Below are positions 30,001-42,167 of a stretch of DNA of 64,000 bases, in pieces. A model generated the notes under the pieces. The model was given only the letters and a program-made list of their open reading frames with translations, had not been told where the DNA came from and searched no databases. This DNA is from Eledone cirrhosa. Lineage: Eukaryota. The position numbers were made by a program, and so were the translations under genes. Position 1 is the first letter of the stretch. Each line of letters starts with the position of its first letter. The stretch covers positions 19,220,001-19,284,000 of the forward strand of contig OZ024745.1 in assembly GCA_964016885.1 (NCBI GenBank), given 5' to 3'.

Positions 30001-33000
30001 TGGGCCTAGCCCTTTTTGCCATGACACCTAGACAACCACTTTACAGTATGGGCTGGGTACTTTTTACCATGACACCTAGACAACCACTTTACAGTGTGGG
30101 CTAGGTCCTTTTTGCCGTGAGACCGAGACAATCACTTTACAGTGTGGGCTGGGTACTTTTTTGCCATGACACCTAGACAACCACTTTACAGTGTGGGCTG
30201 GGTTCTTTTTTGCCATGACACCTAGACAACAACTTTACAGCATGGGCTGGGCCCTTTTTGCCATGACACCTACACAACCACTTTACAGCATGGGCTGGGT
30301 CCTTTTTGCCATGACACCTAGTCAACCACTTTACAGTGTGGGCTGGGTCCTTTTTTGCCATGACACCTAGACAACCACTTTACAGTGTGGGCTGGGTCCT
30401 TTTTTGCCATGACACCTAGACAACCACTTTACAGTGTGGGCTAGGTCCTTTTTGCCGTGAGACCGAGACAATCACTTTACAGTGTGGGCTGGGTACTTTT
30501 TTGCCATGACACCTAGACAACCACTTTACAGTGTGGGCTGGGTTCTTTTTTGCCATGACACCTAGACAACAACTTTACAGCATGGGCTGGGCCCTTTTTG
30601 CCATGACATTTAGACAACCACTTTACAGCATGGGCTGGGCCCTTTTTGCCATGACATTTAGACAACCACTTTACAGCATGGGCTGGGTCCTTTTTGCCAT
30701 GACACCTAGTCAACCACTTTACAGTGTGGGCTGGGTCCTTTTTTGCCATGACACCTAGACAACCACTTTACAGTGTGGGCTGGGTACTTTTTTGCCATGA
30801 CACCTAGACAACCACTTTACAGTGTCAGCTGGGTCCTTTTTGCCGTGAGACTTAGACAACTACTTTACAGTGTGGGCTGGGCCCTTTTTGCCATGACACC
30901 TAGACAACCACTTTACAGTGTGGGCTGTGTCCTTTTTTGCCCTGACACCTAGAGAACCACTTTACAGTGTTGGCTGGGTCCTTTTTTGCCATGACACCTA
31001 GACAACCACTTTACAGCATGGGCTGGGCCCTTTTTGCCATATCACCTAGACAACCACTTTACTGTGTGGGCTGGGCTTTTTTTGCCATGACACCTAGACA
31101 ACCACTTTACAGTGTGGGCTGGGTCCTTTTTTGCCATGACACCTAGACAACCACTTTACCGCATTGGCTGGGCCCTTTTTGCCATGACACCTAGACAACC
31201 ACTTTACAGCATGGGATGGGTCCTTTTTTGCCATGACACATAGACAGCCACTTTACAGTGTGTGCGGGGCCCTTTTTGCCATGACATCTAGACAACCACT
31301 TTACAGCATCGGCTGGGTCCTTTTTTGCCAAGACACCTAGACGACTACTTTACAGCATGGGCTGGGTCCTTTTTGCCGTGAGACCTAGACAACCACTTTA
31401 CAGTGTGGGCTGGGTACTTTTTGCCGTGACACCTAGTCAACCACTTTACAGTGTGGGCTGGGTCCTTTTTGCCGTGACACCTAGACAACCACTTTACCGC
31501 GTGGGCTGGGTCCTTTTTGCGTGACACCTGGACAACCACTTTACAGTGTGGGCTGGGTCCTTTTTTGCCATGACACCTAGACAACCACTTTACAGTGTGG
31601 GCTGGGCCCTTTTTTGCCATGACACCTAGACAAACACTTTACAGTGTGGGCTTGGTCCTTTTTGCCGTGAGACCTAGACAACCACTTGACAGTGTAGGCT
31701 GTGTCCTTTTTGCCGTGACACCTAGACAACCACTTTACCATGTGGGCTGGGTCCTATTCGCCGTGGCACCTAGACAACCACTTTACCGTGTGGGCTGGGT
31801 ACTTTTTACCATGACACCTAGACAGCCACTTTACAGTGTGGGCTGGGTACTTTTTTGCCATGACACCTAGACAACCACTTTACAGTGTGGGCTGGGTCCT
31901 TTTTGCTGTGACACCTAGACAACCACTTTACAGCATGGGCTGGGTACTTTTTGCCGTGACACCTAGACAACCACTTTACAGTGTGGGCTGGGTCCCTTTT
32001 GCCGTGACACCTAGATAACCACTTTACAGTGTGGGGTGTGTCCTTTTTGCCGTGACACCTAGACAACCACTTTACCGTGTGGGCTGGGTCCTATTTGCCA
32101 CTGACACCTAGATAACCACTTTACCGTGTGGGCTGGGTCCTTTTTGCATGACACCTATACAACCACTTTACAGTGTGGGCTGGGTCCTTTTTTGCCATGA
32201 CACCTAGACAACCACTTTACAGTGTGGGCTGGGTCGTTTTTTGCCATGACACCTAGACAACCACTTTACAGCGTGGGCTGGGTCCTTTTTTTTCCATGAC
32301 ACCTAGACAACCACTTTACAGTGTGGGCTGGGTCCTTTTTGCCATGACACCTAGACAACCACTTTACAGTGTGGGCTGGGTACTTTTTTGCCATGACACC
32401 TAGACAACCACTTTACCGTGTGGGCTGGGTCCTATTCGCCGTGACACCTAGACAACCACTTTACCGTGTGGGCTGGGTCCTTTTTGCCATGACACCTAGA
32501 CAACCACTTTACAGTGTGGGCTGGGTCCTTTTTGCTGTGACACCTAGACAACCACTTTACAGTGTGGGCTGGGTTCTTTTTTGCCGTGACACCTAGACAA
32601 CCACTTTACAGTGTGGGCTGGGTCCTTTTTGCCATGACACCTAGACAACCACTTTACAGTGTGGGCTGGGTCCTTTTTTGCCATGACACCTAGACAACCA
32701 CTTTACAGCATGGGCTGGGTCCTTTTTGCCGTGACACCTAGACAACCACTTTACAGTGTGGGCTGGGTCCTTTTTGCTGTGACACCTAGACAACCACTTT
32801 ACAGTGTGGGCTGGGTACTTTTTTGCCGTGACACCTAGACAACCACTTTACAGTGTGGGCTGGGTCCTTTTTTGCCATGACACCTAGACAACCACTTTAC
32901 AGCATGGGCTGGGTCCTTTTTGCCGTGAGACCTAGACAAACACTTTACAGTGTGGGCTGGGTCCTTTTTTGCCATGACACATAGACAACCACTTTACAGC

Positions 33001-36000
33001 ATGGGCTGGGTACTTTTTGCCGTGACACCTAGACAACCACTTTACAGTGTGGGCTGGGTCCCTTTTGCCGTGACACCTAGATAACCACTTTACAGTGTGG
33101 GGTGTGTCCTTTTTGCCGTGACACCTAGACCACCACTTTACAGTGTGGGCTGGGTCCTTTTTGCCATGACACCTAGACAACCACTTTACAGTGTGGGCTG
33201 GGTCCTTTTTTGCCATGACACCTAGACAACCACTTTACAGCATGGGCTGGATCCTTTTTGCCGTGAGACCTAGACAAACACTTTACAGTGTGGGCTGGGT
33301 CCTTTTTTGCCATGACACATAGACAACCACTTTACAGCATGGGCTGGGTACTTTTTGCCGTGACACCTAGACAACCACTTTACAGTGTGGGCTGGGTCCT
33401 TTTTGCTGTGACACCTAGACAACCACTTTACAGTGTGGGCTGGGTTCTTTTTTGCCGTGACACCTAGACAACCACTTTACAGTGTGGGCTGGGTCCTTTT
33501 TGCCATGACACCTAGACAACCACTTTACAGTGTGGGCTGGGTCCTTTTTTTCCATGTCACCTAGACAACCACTTTACAGCATGGGCTGGGTCCTTTTTGC
33601 CGTGAGACCTAGACAAACACTTTACAGTGTGGGCTGGGTCCTTTTTTGCCATGACACATAGACAACCACTTTACAGCATGGGCTGGGTACTTTTTGCCGT
33701 GACACCTAGACAACCACTTTACAGTGTGGGCTGGGTCCCTTTTGCCGTGACACCTAGATAACCACTTTACAGTGTGGGGTGTGTCCTTTTTGCCGTGACA
33801 CCTAGACAACCACTTTACAGTGTGGGCTGGGTCCTTTTTGCCATGACACCTAGACAACCACTTTACAGTGTGGGCTGGATCCTTTTTTGCCATGACACCT
33901 AGACAACCACTTTACAGCATGGGCTGGGTCCTTTTTGCCGTGAGACCTAGACAAACACTTTACAGTGTGGGCTGGGTCCTTTTTTGCCATGACACATAGA
34001 CAACCACTTTACAGCATGGGCTGGGTACTTTTTGCCGTGACACCTAGACAACCACTTTACAGTGTGGGCTGGGTCCCTTTTGCCGTGACACCTAGATAAC
34101 CACTTTACAGTGTGGGGTGTGTCCTTTTTGCCGTGACACCTAGACAACCACTTTACCGTGGTGGCTGGGTCCTATTTGCCACTGACACCTAGATAACCAC
34201 TTTACCGTGTGGGCTGGGTCCTTTTTGCGTGACACCTATACAACCACTTTACAGTGTGGGCTGGGTCCTTTTTTGCCATGACACCTAGACAACCACTTTA
34301 CAGTGTGGGCTGGGTCGTTTTTTGCCATGACACCTAGACAACCACTTTACAGCGTGGGCTGGGTCCTTTTTTTTCCATGACACCTAGACAACCACTTTAC
34401 AGTGTGGGCTGGGTCCTTTTTGCCATGACACCTAGACAACCACTTTACAGTGTGGGCTGGGTACTTTTTTGCCATGACACCTAGACAACCACTTTACCGT
34501 GTGGGCTGGGTCCTATTCGCCGTGACACCTAGACAACCACTTTACCGTGTGGGCTGGGTCCTTTTTGCCATGACACCTAGACAACCACTTTACAGTGTGG
34601 GCTGGGTCCTTTTTTGCCATGACACCTAGACAACCACTTTACAGTTGGGGCTGGGTCCTTTTTGCAGTGACACCTAGACAACCACTTTGCAGTGTGGGCT
34701 GGGTTCTTTTTTGCCATGACACCGAGACAACCACTTTACAGTGTGGGCTGGGTCCTTTTTGCCATGACACCTAGACAACCACTTTACAGTGTGGGCTGTG
34801 TCCTTTTTTGCCATGACACCTAGACAACCACTTTACGGTGTGAGCTGGGTACTTTTTGCTGTGAGACCTAGACAACCACTTTACAGTGTAGGCTGGGTCC
34901 TTTTTTGCCATGACACATAGACAACCACTTTACAGCATGGGCTGGGTACTTTTTGCCGTGACACCTAGACAACCACTTTACAGTGTGGGCTGGGTCCTTT
35001 TTGCCGTGACACGTAGACAACCACTTTACAGTGTGGGCTGGGTATTTTTTGCCATAACACCTAGACAACCACTTTACACTGTGGGCTGGGTCCTTTTTGC
35101 CGTGACACCTAGACAACCACTTTACAGTGTGGGCTGGGTCCTTTTTGCAGTGACACCTAGACAACCACTTTACAGTGTGGGCTGGGTCCTTTTTGCCGTG
35201 ACACCTCGACAACCACTTTACCGTGTGGGCTGGGTCCTTTTTGCCGTGACACCTAGACAACCACTTTAACGTGTGGGCTGGGTCCTATTTGCCGTGACAC
35301 ATAGACAACCACTTTACAGTGTGGGCTGGATCCTTTTTTGCCATGACACCTAGACAACCACTTTACAGTGTGGGCTGGGTCGTTTTTTTGCCATGACACC
35401 TAGAAAACCACTTTACAGCGTGGGCTGGGTCCTTTTTTTTCCATGACACCTAGACAACCACTTTACAGTGTGGACTGGGTCCTTTTTGCCATGACACCTA
35501 GACAACCACTTTACAGTGTGGGCTGGGTACTTTTTTGCCATGACACCTAGACAACCACTTTACAGTGTGGGCTGGGTCTTTTTTGCCGTGAGACCTAGAC
35601 AACCACTTTACAGTGTGGGCTGGGTACTTTTTGCCGTGACGCCTAGACAACCCCTTTACCGTGTGGGCTGGGTCCTATTCGCCGTGACACCTAAACAACC
35701 ACTTTACCGTGTGGGCTGGGTCCTTTTTGCCATGACACCTAGACAACCACTTTACAGTGTGGGCTGGGTCCTTTTTGCTGTGACACCTAGACAACCACTT
35801 TACAGTGTGGGCTGGGTCCTTTTTGCCATGACACCTAGACAACCACTTTACAGTGTGGGCTGGGTCCTTTTTTGCCATGACACCTAGACAACCACTTTAC
35901 AGCATGGGCTGGGTCCTTTTTGCCGTGAGACCTAGACAACCACTTTACAGTGTGGGCTGGGTCCTTTTTTGCCATGACACATAGACAACCACTTTACAGC

Positions 36001-39000
36001 ATGGGCTGGGTACTTTTTGCCGTGACACCTAGACAACCACTTTACAGTGTGGGCTGGGTCCTTTTTGCCGTGACACCTAGACAACCACTTTACAGTGTGG
36101 GCTGGGTATTTTTTGCCATGACACCTAGACAACCACTTTACACTGTGGGCTGGGTCCTTTTTGCCGTGACACCTAGACAACTACTTTACAGTGTGGGCTG
36201 GGTCCTTTTTGCAGTGACACCTAGACAACCACTTTACAGTGTGGGCTGGGTCCTTTTTGCCGTGACACCTCGACAACCACTTTACCGTGTGGGCTGGGTC
36301 CTATTTGCCGTGACACATAGACAACCACTTTACCGTGTGGGCTGGTTCCTTTTTGCCATGACACCTAGACAACCACTTTACAGTGTGGGCTGGGTACTTT
36401 TTGCCATGACACCTAGACAACCACTTTACAGTGTGGGCTGGGTACTTTTTTGCCATGACACCTCGACAACCACTTTACAGTGTGGGCTGGTAACTTTTTG
36501 CCGTGAGACCTAGACAACCACTTTACAGTGTGGGCTGGGTACTTTTAGCCGTGACACCTAATCAACCACTTTACATGATGGGCTAGGCTCTTTTTGCCAT
36601 GAGACCTAGACAACCACTTTACAGTGTGGGCTGAGCCCTTTTTGCCATGACACCTAGACAACCACTTTACAGCATGGGCTTGGTACTTTTTGCCATGACA
36701 CCTAGACAACCACTTTACAGTGTGGGCTGGGTCCCCTTTGCCGTGACACCTAGACAACTACTTTACAGTGTGGGCTGGGTCCTTTTTTGCCATGACACCT
36801 AAACAACCACTTTACAGTGTGGGCTGGGTCCTTTTTTGCCATGACACCTAGACAACCACTTTACAGCATGGGCTGGGTCATTTTTTGCCATGACACCTAC
36901 ACAACCACTTTACAGCATAGGCTGGGTCCTTTTTTTCCAAGACACCTAGACAACCACTTTACAGCATGGGCTGGGTCCTTTTTGCCGTGAGACCTAGACA
37001 AACACTTTACAGTGTGGGCTGGGTCCTTTTTTGCCATGACACCTAAACAACCACTTTACAGCATGGGCTTGGTACTTTTTGCCATGACACCTAGACAACC
37101 ACTTTACCGCATAGGCTGGGTCTTTTTTTGCCAAGACACCTAGACAACCACCTTACAGTGTGGGCTGGGTACTTTTTGCCGTGAGACCTAGACAAACACT
37201 TTACAGTGTGGGCTGGGTACTTTTTGCCGTGAGACCTAGACAACCACTTTACAGTGTGGTCTGGGTCCTTTTTTACCATGACACCTAGACAACCACTTTA
37301 CAGTGTGGGCTGGGTCCTTTTTGCCGTGAGACCTAGACAACCACTTTACAGTGTGGGCTGAGTCCTTTTTTGCCATGACACATAGACAACCACTTTACAG
37401 CATGGGCTGGGTACTTTTTGCCGTCACACCTAGACAACCACTTTACAGTGTGGGCTGGGTCCTTTTTGCCGTGACACCTAGAAAACCACTTTACAGTGTG
37501 GGCTGGGTCATTTTTGCCGTGACACCTAGAAAACCACTTTACAGTGTGGGCTGGGTCCTTTTTGCCATGACACCTAGACAACCACTTTACAGTGTGGGCT
37601 GGGTACTTTTTGCCATGAAACCTGGACAACCACTTTACAGTGTGGGCTGGGTACTTTTTTTCCATGACACCTAGACAACCACTTTACAGTGTGGGCTGGG
37701 TCCTTTTTCCGTGACACCTAGACAACCACTCTACAGTGTGGGCTGGGTCCTTTTTGCCGTGACACCTAGACAACCACTTTACAGTGTGGGCTGGGTCCTT
37801 TTTTGCCATGACACCTAGACAACCACTTTACAGCATGGGGTGGGTCCTTTTTTGCCATGACACCTATACAACCACTTTACAGTGTGGGCTGGGTCCTTTT
37901 TTGCCATGACACCTAGACAACCACTTTACAGTGTGGGCTGGGTCCTTTTTTGCCATGACACCTAGACAACCACTTTACAGCATGGGCTGGGCCCTTTTTG
38001 CCATGACACCTAGACAACCACTTTACAGTGTGGGCTGAGCCCTTTTTTCCATGACACCTAGACAACCACTTTACAGCATGGGCTGGGTACTTTTTGCCAT
38101 GACACCTAGACAACCACTTTACAGCATAGGTTGGGTCCTTTTTTGCCAAGACACCTAGACAACCACTTTACAGCATGGGCTGGGTCCTTTTTTGCAAAGA
38201 CACCTAGACAACCACTTTACAGCATGGGCTGGGTCCTTTTTGCCGTGACACCTAGATAACCACTTTACAGTGTGGGCTGGATCTTTTTTGCCATGACACC
38301 TAGACAACCACTTTACAGTGTGGGCTGTGTCCTTTTTTGCCATGACACCTAGACAACCACTTTACAGCATGGGCTGGGTCCTTTTTTGCCACGACACCTA
38401 GACAACCACTTTACAGCATGGGCTGGTCCTTTTTGCCTTGAGACTTAGACAACCACTTTACAGTGTGGGCTGTGTCCTTTTTTGCCATGACACCTAGACA
38501 ACCACTTTACAGCATGGGCTGGGTCCTTTTTTGCCAAGACACCTACACAACCACTTTACAGCATGGGCTGGTCCTTTTTGCCGTGAGACCTAGACAACCA
38601 CTTTACAGTGTGGGCTGGGTCCTTTTTGCCGTGACACCTAGACAACCACTTTACAGTGTGGGCTGGGCCCTTTTTGCCATGACACCTAGACAACCACTTT
38701 ACAGTGTGGGCTGGGTACTTTTTTGCCATGACACCTAGACAACCACTTTACAGTGTGGGCTGGGTCCATTTTGCCGTGACACCTAGACAACCACTTTACA
38801 GTGTGGGCTGGGTGTTTTTTGCCGTGACACCTAGACAACCACTTTACAGTGTGGGCTGGGTCCTTTTTTGCCATGACACCTAGACAACCACTTTACCGTG
38901 TGGCCTGGGTCCTTTTTGCCGTGAGACCTAACAACCACTTTACAGTGTGGGCTGGGTCCTTTTTTGCCATGACACCTAGACAACCAATTTACCGTGTGGG

Positions 39001-39168
39001 CTGGGTCCTTTTTGCCTTGACACCTAGACAACCACTTTACTGTGTGGGCTGGGTCCTTTTTGCCGTGAGACCTAGACAACCACTTTACAGTGTGGGCTGG
39101 GTACTTTTTTTCCATGACACCTAGACACCCACTTTACCGTGTGGGCTGGGTACTTAACAGTGTGGGCT
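1..39168. repeat. Tandem satellite array, 48/49-bp monomer, about 800 copies, open at the left window edge
   Basis: Continuous head-to-tail copies of ACCTAGACAACCACTTTACAGTGTGGGCTGGGTCCTTTTT(T)GCCATGAC. Length varies mainly by a T5/T6 run. The array ends at ...tacttaacagtgtgggct (~39,168). There are no unique spacers. Confidence 0.99.
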
Positions 39169-39257
39169 CGAGGCATAAATGGATGTATGCTTCAGCCTTT
39201 CCTCAGGGTAGATGTATGGGAGTGGGTGGGGTGGGGGGTGTATATTATATGCTTCAG

Positions 39258-39329
39258 ATGATGATGATGTTAATGATGATGATGGTGATGATGATGATAA
39301 TAATGATGATGTTAATGATGATGATGATG
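39258..39329. repeat. (ATG)n microsatellite immediately upstream of the TM-exon acceptor
   Basis: Imperfect atgatgatg run, directly visible. Confidence 0.95.
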
Positions 39330-39341
39330 TATATTTTCAAG

Positions 39342-39463
39342 GTTGCTGAATCCTCTGATGCCTCCAAAGACTTCCCAGTCCTGCTCATCGCGATTTTAGT
39401 GATCCTCCTCATCCTACTTGCCCTTCTCCTCTTCATCATTGCATGCTGTTGTATAGCTCAGTC
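39342..39463 (+). CDS. Exon A of a single-pass (type I) membrane protein: juxtamembrane region plus TM helix (VAESSDASKDFP-VLLIAILVILLILLALLLFIIA-CCCIAQ). Upstream exons lie outside the window.
   Basis: Acceptor ttttcaag|, donor |gtgagt. About 22 hydrophobic residues followed by a Cys cluster. Ends in phase 2, matching the next exon. Confidence 0.88.
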
Positions 39464-39496
39464 GTGAGTATTTTATTATCTACTTTCTACCATACC

Positions 39497-39587
39497 TCTA
39501 CTGTTACTACTGGTACTACTACTACTGCTACTAGAACTATTACTACTACTACCACTAGTACTACTACTACAGCTACAACCACTACAG

Positions 39588-39681
<94 letters not shown>

Positions 39682-39760
39682 CACTACTACTACTACCACC
39701 ACTACTAATACTACTAACACTAACACTACCACTAATACTACTACCACCACTCCTACTACT
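39497..39760. repeat. (ACT)n/(ACC)n microsatellite, intronic
   Basis: Long actactact run starting ~30 nt after the gtgagt donor. Confidence 0.95.
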
Positions 39761-39900
39761 TTGTTGGTGGAGAAGGTCTTGAGTGTCCAAAGGTAATCTT
39801 ATACACCGTAATAAATATCTTATACACCATAATAAATATCTTATACACCATAACTTCATGTAATAATTATCTTTCCCCAAAATTTAGAAATCAATACCAG

Positions 39901-40050
39901 AATAAGTATCAGGGTCAATAAGTATCAGGGTCAATATGTATCAGGGTCAATAGGTAGCAGGGTCAATAGATAGCAGGGTCAATAGGTATCAGGATTAATA
40001 AGTATCGGGGTCAATACGTATGAGGGTCAATAAATATCAGTCAATAAGTA
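39901..40050. repeat. 16-bp minisatellite (AATAAGTATCAGGGTC), about 9 copies
   Basis: Directly visible diverged tandem copies. Confidence 0.85.
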
Positions 40051-40169
40051 CCGCCCTGCATGGTGAAGAGCCACATCCTTCATGAGGTGCCTCTGATATG
40101 GCTATCATAGGCTCATAGTAGCTTATGTGGTGACCATCAGTTAAATTAGATGACCTCCGAGATCAGAAA

Positions 40170-40547
40170 GTCACTCCAGGTAGAGCCACTACTTCTCCGA
40201 ATTGAGAGATCACAGCTCCGATACTATGGACATGTGGTTAAAATGTCTCAGGAAAGAATCACTGGAGAGTAACTCCAGGTAAAGCCCCTACTTCTCCGAA
40301 TTGAGAGATCACAACTCCGATACTATGGACATGTGGTTAGAATGTCTCAGGAAAGAATTGCTGGACAGATTTTATGGACAAAACCAACTGGCAAGAGATC
40401 CAGGGATAGACCCTGAGCAAGATGATTGGATAACATCCATGAGCTTGGCTGGTCTCGCTTGGGAATCCAGCCAAATCAGTTGGAGATGGTTGCTTCTGAC
40501 GAGACCCTCTCAGGAATAAGTGGGCAAAGTGAAAGAAGAAGAAGAAT
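40170..40547 (+). mobile_element. Degenerate 3' end of an RTE-like LINE with an internal ~99-bp tandem duplication and a (GAA)n tail
   Basis: Translates to PLLLRIERSQLRYYGHVV.M.QER twice, then a KPTGKR-like motif, typical of the post-RT C-terminus of RTE-clade ORFs. Ends gaagaagaagaa. Confidence 0.7.
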
Positions 40548-41045
40548 ACTATGATGACGATCTCGGTGTCATGAACACCAGTGGCTTTGCAGATGTTCTA
40601 ATATTAATTTGACAATAGGTTGGCACAACTGTTCCAGTTAGTAGAGAAATATATGAGTTTGCAGGTTTGGGCTGAAGGCTCACTAAATGTAAGCTTCAGA
40701 CTAACCTCATGGGAGATGTATGTGAGGGTGAGTGGGGTGGGGTGGGGTGGTGCATACTATATATATGCTTCAGCCTGTGCCATGGGAAGTCTGATGTAAA
40801 AGGAAATGTAAAATGAAATGAAAACCAGAGATGAAGTTACCTTGGAATAGATTTATTTGTCCCTATATTTCGGATTTCACATCCATCGTTGTGGGAATTC
40901 CAAAGGAAAAATAGAGATTTGCCAGAAAAGAATCTATGTGTCGGTGTCAGATTTATTTTCTAATTTTGTATTTTTCATATTTTCTTTATTAATTATAATT
41001 TCTCATGTTACTCATGGTTTTTTTTTCTCTGATTTTCATCGGCAG

Positions 41046-41077
41046 AAAGAAAAAACAGATTGATGAAGCCTTATATG
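41046..41077 (+). CDS. Exon B (32-nt microexon): (S)KKKQIDEALY, basic stop-transfer sequence after the TM helix
   Basis: Polypyrimidine tract ttttttttctctgattttcatcggcag| and donor |gtaaag. Phase 2 in, phase 1 out. Supplies the KKK expected after a TM helix. Confidence 0.8.
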
Positions 41078-41499
41078 GTAAAGTAGCCATGTTTGTTATA
41101 TTTAATCTTTGCATTACAATATTTTTACACACATACTCTCTATTTCAATTAATTAATATTTTTTTTTACTTTGTAATTTATCCTTAATATTTTTAATAAT
41201 CAAAAAATTCATAAATAAATTTATTTCAAATAACAACACAACAGATATTTATAAAATGGAGGGAAAGGCAAGGGCTCTGGGGTCACAGAAGAATGTGAGG
41301 GGGAAGGGGGAGGGTGATTGGTTCTAGGCCTATGGCACGGGGTGAGGGACTGCGCCCTGTGGACAAGACTGCAAAAGTGTTTCCACAGACAATCACCAGC
41401 AACACCCCTGCAACAGCCACCCCCACCTTGTGGGGCTCCTTCCACAGATTGACTGCTAACGTTCCGGTCTTGTGGAGGAGGTTGGCAGTACAAGGTCCA

Positions 41500-41763
41500 A
41501 GTATGAGGTCTTGATGGCAACTAGTGTGAAGAGGAAGCAGCTGGACATTATTAACATGTGGTAAAAATGTCTCCAAAAAAACAACTAGCAGGAAACCCAG
41601 AGCAAGATGGTTGGATAACATCCATGAGTATGGCTGATCATGGTTAAGGTTTCTGTCAAATTAGTTGGAGACAGTTGCTTCCGACAGGAGCATCTGGAAA
41701 GCATATTTGGGGACTTTGCATCTCCCATGACCCTCGTAAGAATAAGTGGGTGAAGAAGAAGAA
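41500..41763 (+). mobile_element. Second degenerate RTE-like 3' end with (GAA)n tail
   Basis: Similar to 40,380-40,547 (agcaagatg.ttggataacatccatgag...gaataagtggg...gaagaagaa). Confidence 0.55.
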
Positions 41764-42167
41764 TGTTTCCTTATTAAGATGATATTTGCAATATAACTTT
41801 AAAAAAGCTTTTATGTTGGAAGATTTTAATTTATATAGTATTCCTTTAAAATGGCTGGATTTGGTTCATAGAAACAAAGGGAGTTTGGGGCAGGAGGGTT
41901 TCAAAAAGGTTAATGAAGAATTTGGAAAGATTTATTAAAATTATTTCATTATAAAGATGATATTTGTAGCATAACTTAAAAAACTTTCTTATATCAAATT
42001 ATGTCCAGCAATTACAATTTAAACAGGAACCGTCTTAAAAAGTGGTTGTGTTTCAAAAAACTAGTGAGACTAATTTATTTATAGATCTTTTATTATTGAA
42101 CTGGTATTTTACAAATATGTTTATTGATATTTCCCTTAAATAACCTTTTATTATTTTTTTTATTATT

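Noticed and set aside
62-39124. Hundreds of short ORFs (AHTVKWLSRCHGKKDP-type and TPRQPLYSVGWVLFA-type repeats)
   Set aside because: A 48-bp unit is a multiple of 3, so runs of T5 units stay open. Every T6 unit shifts the frame into the TAG-containing frame. There is no sign of frame conservation.
1-39168. CRISPR-like or guide-array interpretation of the regular repeat
   Set aside because: There are no unique spacers, variation is limited to point changes in one monomer, the context is eukaryotic with spliced genes, and no cas-like gene is present.
1-39168. G-quadruplex array from TGGGCTGGG
   Set aside because: Each monomer has only two G3 tracts, separated from the next pair by ~40 nt, and a competing hairpin is available.
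39090-39341. Poly-Met N-terminal extension of the TM ORF
   Set aside because: It derives from the satellite end and an (ATG)n microsatellite upstream of a splice acceptor.
39443-39880. Mucin-like poly-Thr, poly-Ser and poly-Val ORFs
   Set aside because: These are translations of an (ACT)n microsatellite located after the gtgagt donor of exon A.
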